A DNA stretch of 57,774 bases from a virus (lineage: Duplodnaviria; Caudoviricetes), in the IMG/VR virus record IMGVR_UViG_3300010318_000003, positions 1 through 57,774 of that record. The stretch is one strand, 5' to 3'. The position numbers and the translations under genes were made by a program. Each line of letters opens with the position of its first letter. The first letter of the stretch is position 1. Of this stretch, positions 56,146-57,774 are shown piece after piece. The notes under the pieces were generated by a model, which was not told where the DNA came from, did not search any database, and saw nothing but the letters and a program-made list of their open reading frames with translations.

Positions 56146-56916
56146 ATGGTTAATCCAGAAGAAAAATACCTAAGATTTATCGAGCATTGCTCTAAGAAAA
56201 AGTACCACCCAACAGAGTACTTAGAGCGCCATCACATCGTTCCTAAGCACGAAGGTGGGTCGGATAGTCCTTCTAATATCATAAAGCTAAGCCTTAAAGA
56301 TCATAGATTAGCTCATAAAATAAGATACGAAACATACGGTAATAAGTATGATCTTTCTGCGTATAAGTTTATGGAAGGCCAGAGCGCGGAGGCAAAAAGA
56401 GCTATCTGTTCTGCAAATGGCTCAAAAAGTAAAGGGAGAAAACTAACAAAAGAGCACAGAGAAAAACTTAGTAGGCCCGGAAGTTTAAATAGTTTCTATG
56501 GACAAACTCATTCGGTGGCTTCTAAGCAAAAAATGAGACAAGAAGCTACTGGGCGAAAGTGGAAAGAAGAGGCTAAAGAAAAACTTAGCGAAACTTTAAG
56601 AAATAGTCCTGAAACTACAGGGAGTAGGAGATGTAAAATAGAAGGAAATGTTTATAGGTCTTGTGCAAAAGCCGCTAGCTCTTTGGGGTTAAAAAGAGCC
56701 ACGTTAAAGTATAGATTAGATTCTAAAAACTACGAAGAGTATATTTGGCTGGACCCTCCCAAAACTACTAAGGTCAACCACCAGTCTTTACAAGTATTAG
56801 TAAATGGTATAGAGTACCATTCTGTTAGCTACGCAGCAACCCAGTTGAGTCTTCACCCAAAAACGGTCTTTAGAAGATGTGAAAATCCTGCGTATCAAAA
56901 CTATAAATTTTTATAA
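56146..56916 (+). CDS. HNH homing endonuclease with NUMOD3/NUMOD1-like DNA-binding repeats
   Basis: ERHHIVPKHEGGSDSPSNIIKLSLKDHRLAH; EHREKLS and NSFYGQTHS..SKQKM (NUMOD3); IEGNVYRSCAKAA and VNGIEYHSVSYAA repeats. Confidence 0.88.
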   Translation: MVNPEEKYLRFIEHCSKKKYHPTEYLERHHIVPKHEGGSDSPSNIIKLSLKDHRLAHKIRYETYGNKYDLSAYKFMEGQSAEAKRAICSANGSKSKGRKLTKEHREKLSRPGSLNSFYGQTHSVASKQKMRQEATGRKWKEEAKEKLSETLRNSPETTGSRRCKIEGNVYRSCAKAASSLGLKRATLKYRLDSKNYEEYIWLDPPKTTKVNHQSLQVLVNGIEYHSVSYAATQLSLHPKTVFRRCENPAYQNYKFL

Positions 56917-57077
56917 AATGGAGTTTCTGAAAAGAATTTTAGGCAATAAGAGTCATTTGTCCCAAACGTATTGGACCATGATGCGATCCACTCTGGATCA
57001 CGACCGAGAGCAGTGGTTGTGCCTACAACCGATCCACCAACAAGAGGAATTATATGACCGTGAGAATAACTACTCAT
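56901..57077 (-). pseudogene. Truncated duplicate of the methyltransferase N-terminus (58 aa)
   Basis: MSSYSHGHIIPLVGGSVVGTTTALGRDPEWIASW...NDSYCLK aligns ungapped with the MTase N-terminus, 32/58 identical by hand count. Confidence 0.85.
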
Positions 57078-57152
57078 AATTAAATTATTTTTTACTGAGA
57101 TCTTTAGACTGAGGATCATCGGTTTAAAGTTTCATGAGATATGCTATAGAGC

Positions 57153-57774
57153 ATGAAAAATAATATTAGTTACCAGGCCCCAGAAGATTGGGGCGTTTCT
57201 TCAGAGGATACGTGGGTTAGTTTTGAAGAGCTAAAAGACAATGGCGCACCTGCTCTTGAGGGTAGGGATGTTGTAGGTTTTATTGAGTTTAACGACGAAC
57301 TTGTTCCTGAAGCAGTAAGAAAAACTGCAGAAGTAGGAACAACATACGTAAATGACAAAACAAAAAATATTTTAACAAAGCAAAAAAACGGCCGTTGGAA
57401 GATTACAGGTAATACTGACACTAGCCAAAGGATGCAACAAGCTGATATAAGCAAAATTGACCCTAAAGGCAGAGACTCAGAAAAAGAAGTTACAGAAAAG
57501 CCTAAACCTAAACCTAAACCTAAACCTAAACAAGAAGCGCCTGTTGCTCCAGAGCCGGAAAGAGAGACAGAGGCTCAAAGAGAGGCAACAGAAAGGGCGC
57601 AAAAAGAAATTAAAAAAGATAGCTCTGTAGAATCTTATAGGCAATCTGAGGTATTTAAAAAACAAACAATTTTTACCTCGGAACAATTTATGAAAGCTCC
57701 TCCTCATGCACTCGTTAATGGAGCCCCATTTGTAGATGTAAAGAAAAGATTATCAGAAAGTGGCGCTTTCCCAG
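57153..57774 (+). CDS. Hypothetical protein, truncated by the window end
   Basis: Open from ATG 57153 (MKNNISYQAPEDW...) to the edge; KPKPKPKPK tract; GTTTAAAG 23 nt upstream. Confidence 0.75.
   Translation, partial: MKNNISYQAPEDWGVSSEDTWVSFEELKDNGAPALEGRDVVGFIEFNDELVPEAVRKTAEVGTTYVNDKTKNILTKQKNGRWKITGNTDTSQRMQQADISKIDPKGRDSEKEVTEKPKPKPKPKPKQEAPVAPEPERETEAQREATERAQKEIKKDSSVESYRQSEVFKKQTIFTSEQFMKAPPHALVNGAPFVDVKKRLSESGAFP
57498..57531 (+). repeat. Hexamer microsatellite (AAACCT)n encoding KP repeats
   Basis: AAGCCTAAACCTAAACCTAAACCTAAACCTAAAC. Confidence 0.85.

Noticed and set aside
56088-56916. Group I intron in the methyltransferase
   Set aside because: The HNH is antisense, there is no room for an intron core, and the downstream MTase copy is already complete with its own start
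1-57774. tRNA genes, CRISPR arrays, DGR template/variable repeats, integrase, alternative genetic code
   Set aside because: None recognised by eye. Intergenic gaps are short, I saw no reverse transcriptase or near-identical repeat pair, and long genes read through in the standard code using all three stops. tRNAscan and a self-dotplot would confirm.

Overview
This window is a gene-dense segment of a large contractile-tailed dsDNA phage genome, most likely a cyanophage. The host call rests on a Mo-nitrogenase-C-like ORF, a DUF4278-like YRG peptide, glutamine-riboswitch-like RNA, PhoH and a cyanobacterial-type HNH. About 1-47 kb is mainly virion genes: tail fibres/spikes, two large tandem paralogues, an LRR protein, a baseplate hub with M23 and tail-lysozyme domains, a spike, wedge/J-like proteins and an S74-chaperone fibre. 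PhoH, a P-loop kinase, the terminase large subunit, a thioredoxin and a phage sigma factor are interspersed. About 47-57.8 kb holds DNA/nucleotide metabolism and accessory genes: putative SSB, metallophosphoesterase, NrdB, an NrdA-glutaredoxin fusion, an all-alpha NTP pyrophosphohydrolase, HNH nucleases and a C5 methyltransferase. The most striking observation is at 54217-54678, an apparently nested double glutamine aptamer. A class-I glnA-type aptamer has a circularly permuted second aptamer in its P3 loop, each P2 loop is a whole small ORF, and the element precedes a DUF4278-like gene whose RBS can pair with the aptamer. Second, an HNH homing-endonuclease gene sits between a truncated and a complete copy of the methyltransferase 5' end, with the divergent promoter pair duplicated. 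A recurring GTTTAAAG motif about 19-32 nt upstream of starts is a candidate late promoter. All calls come from visual motif recognition; no database searches were run.
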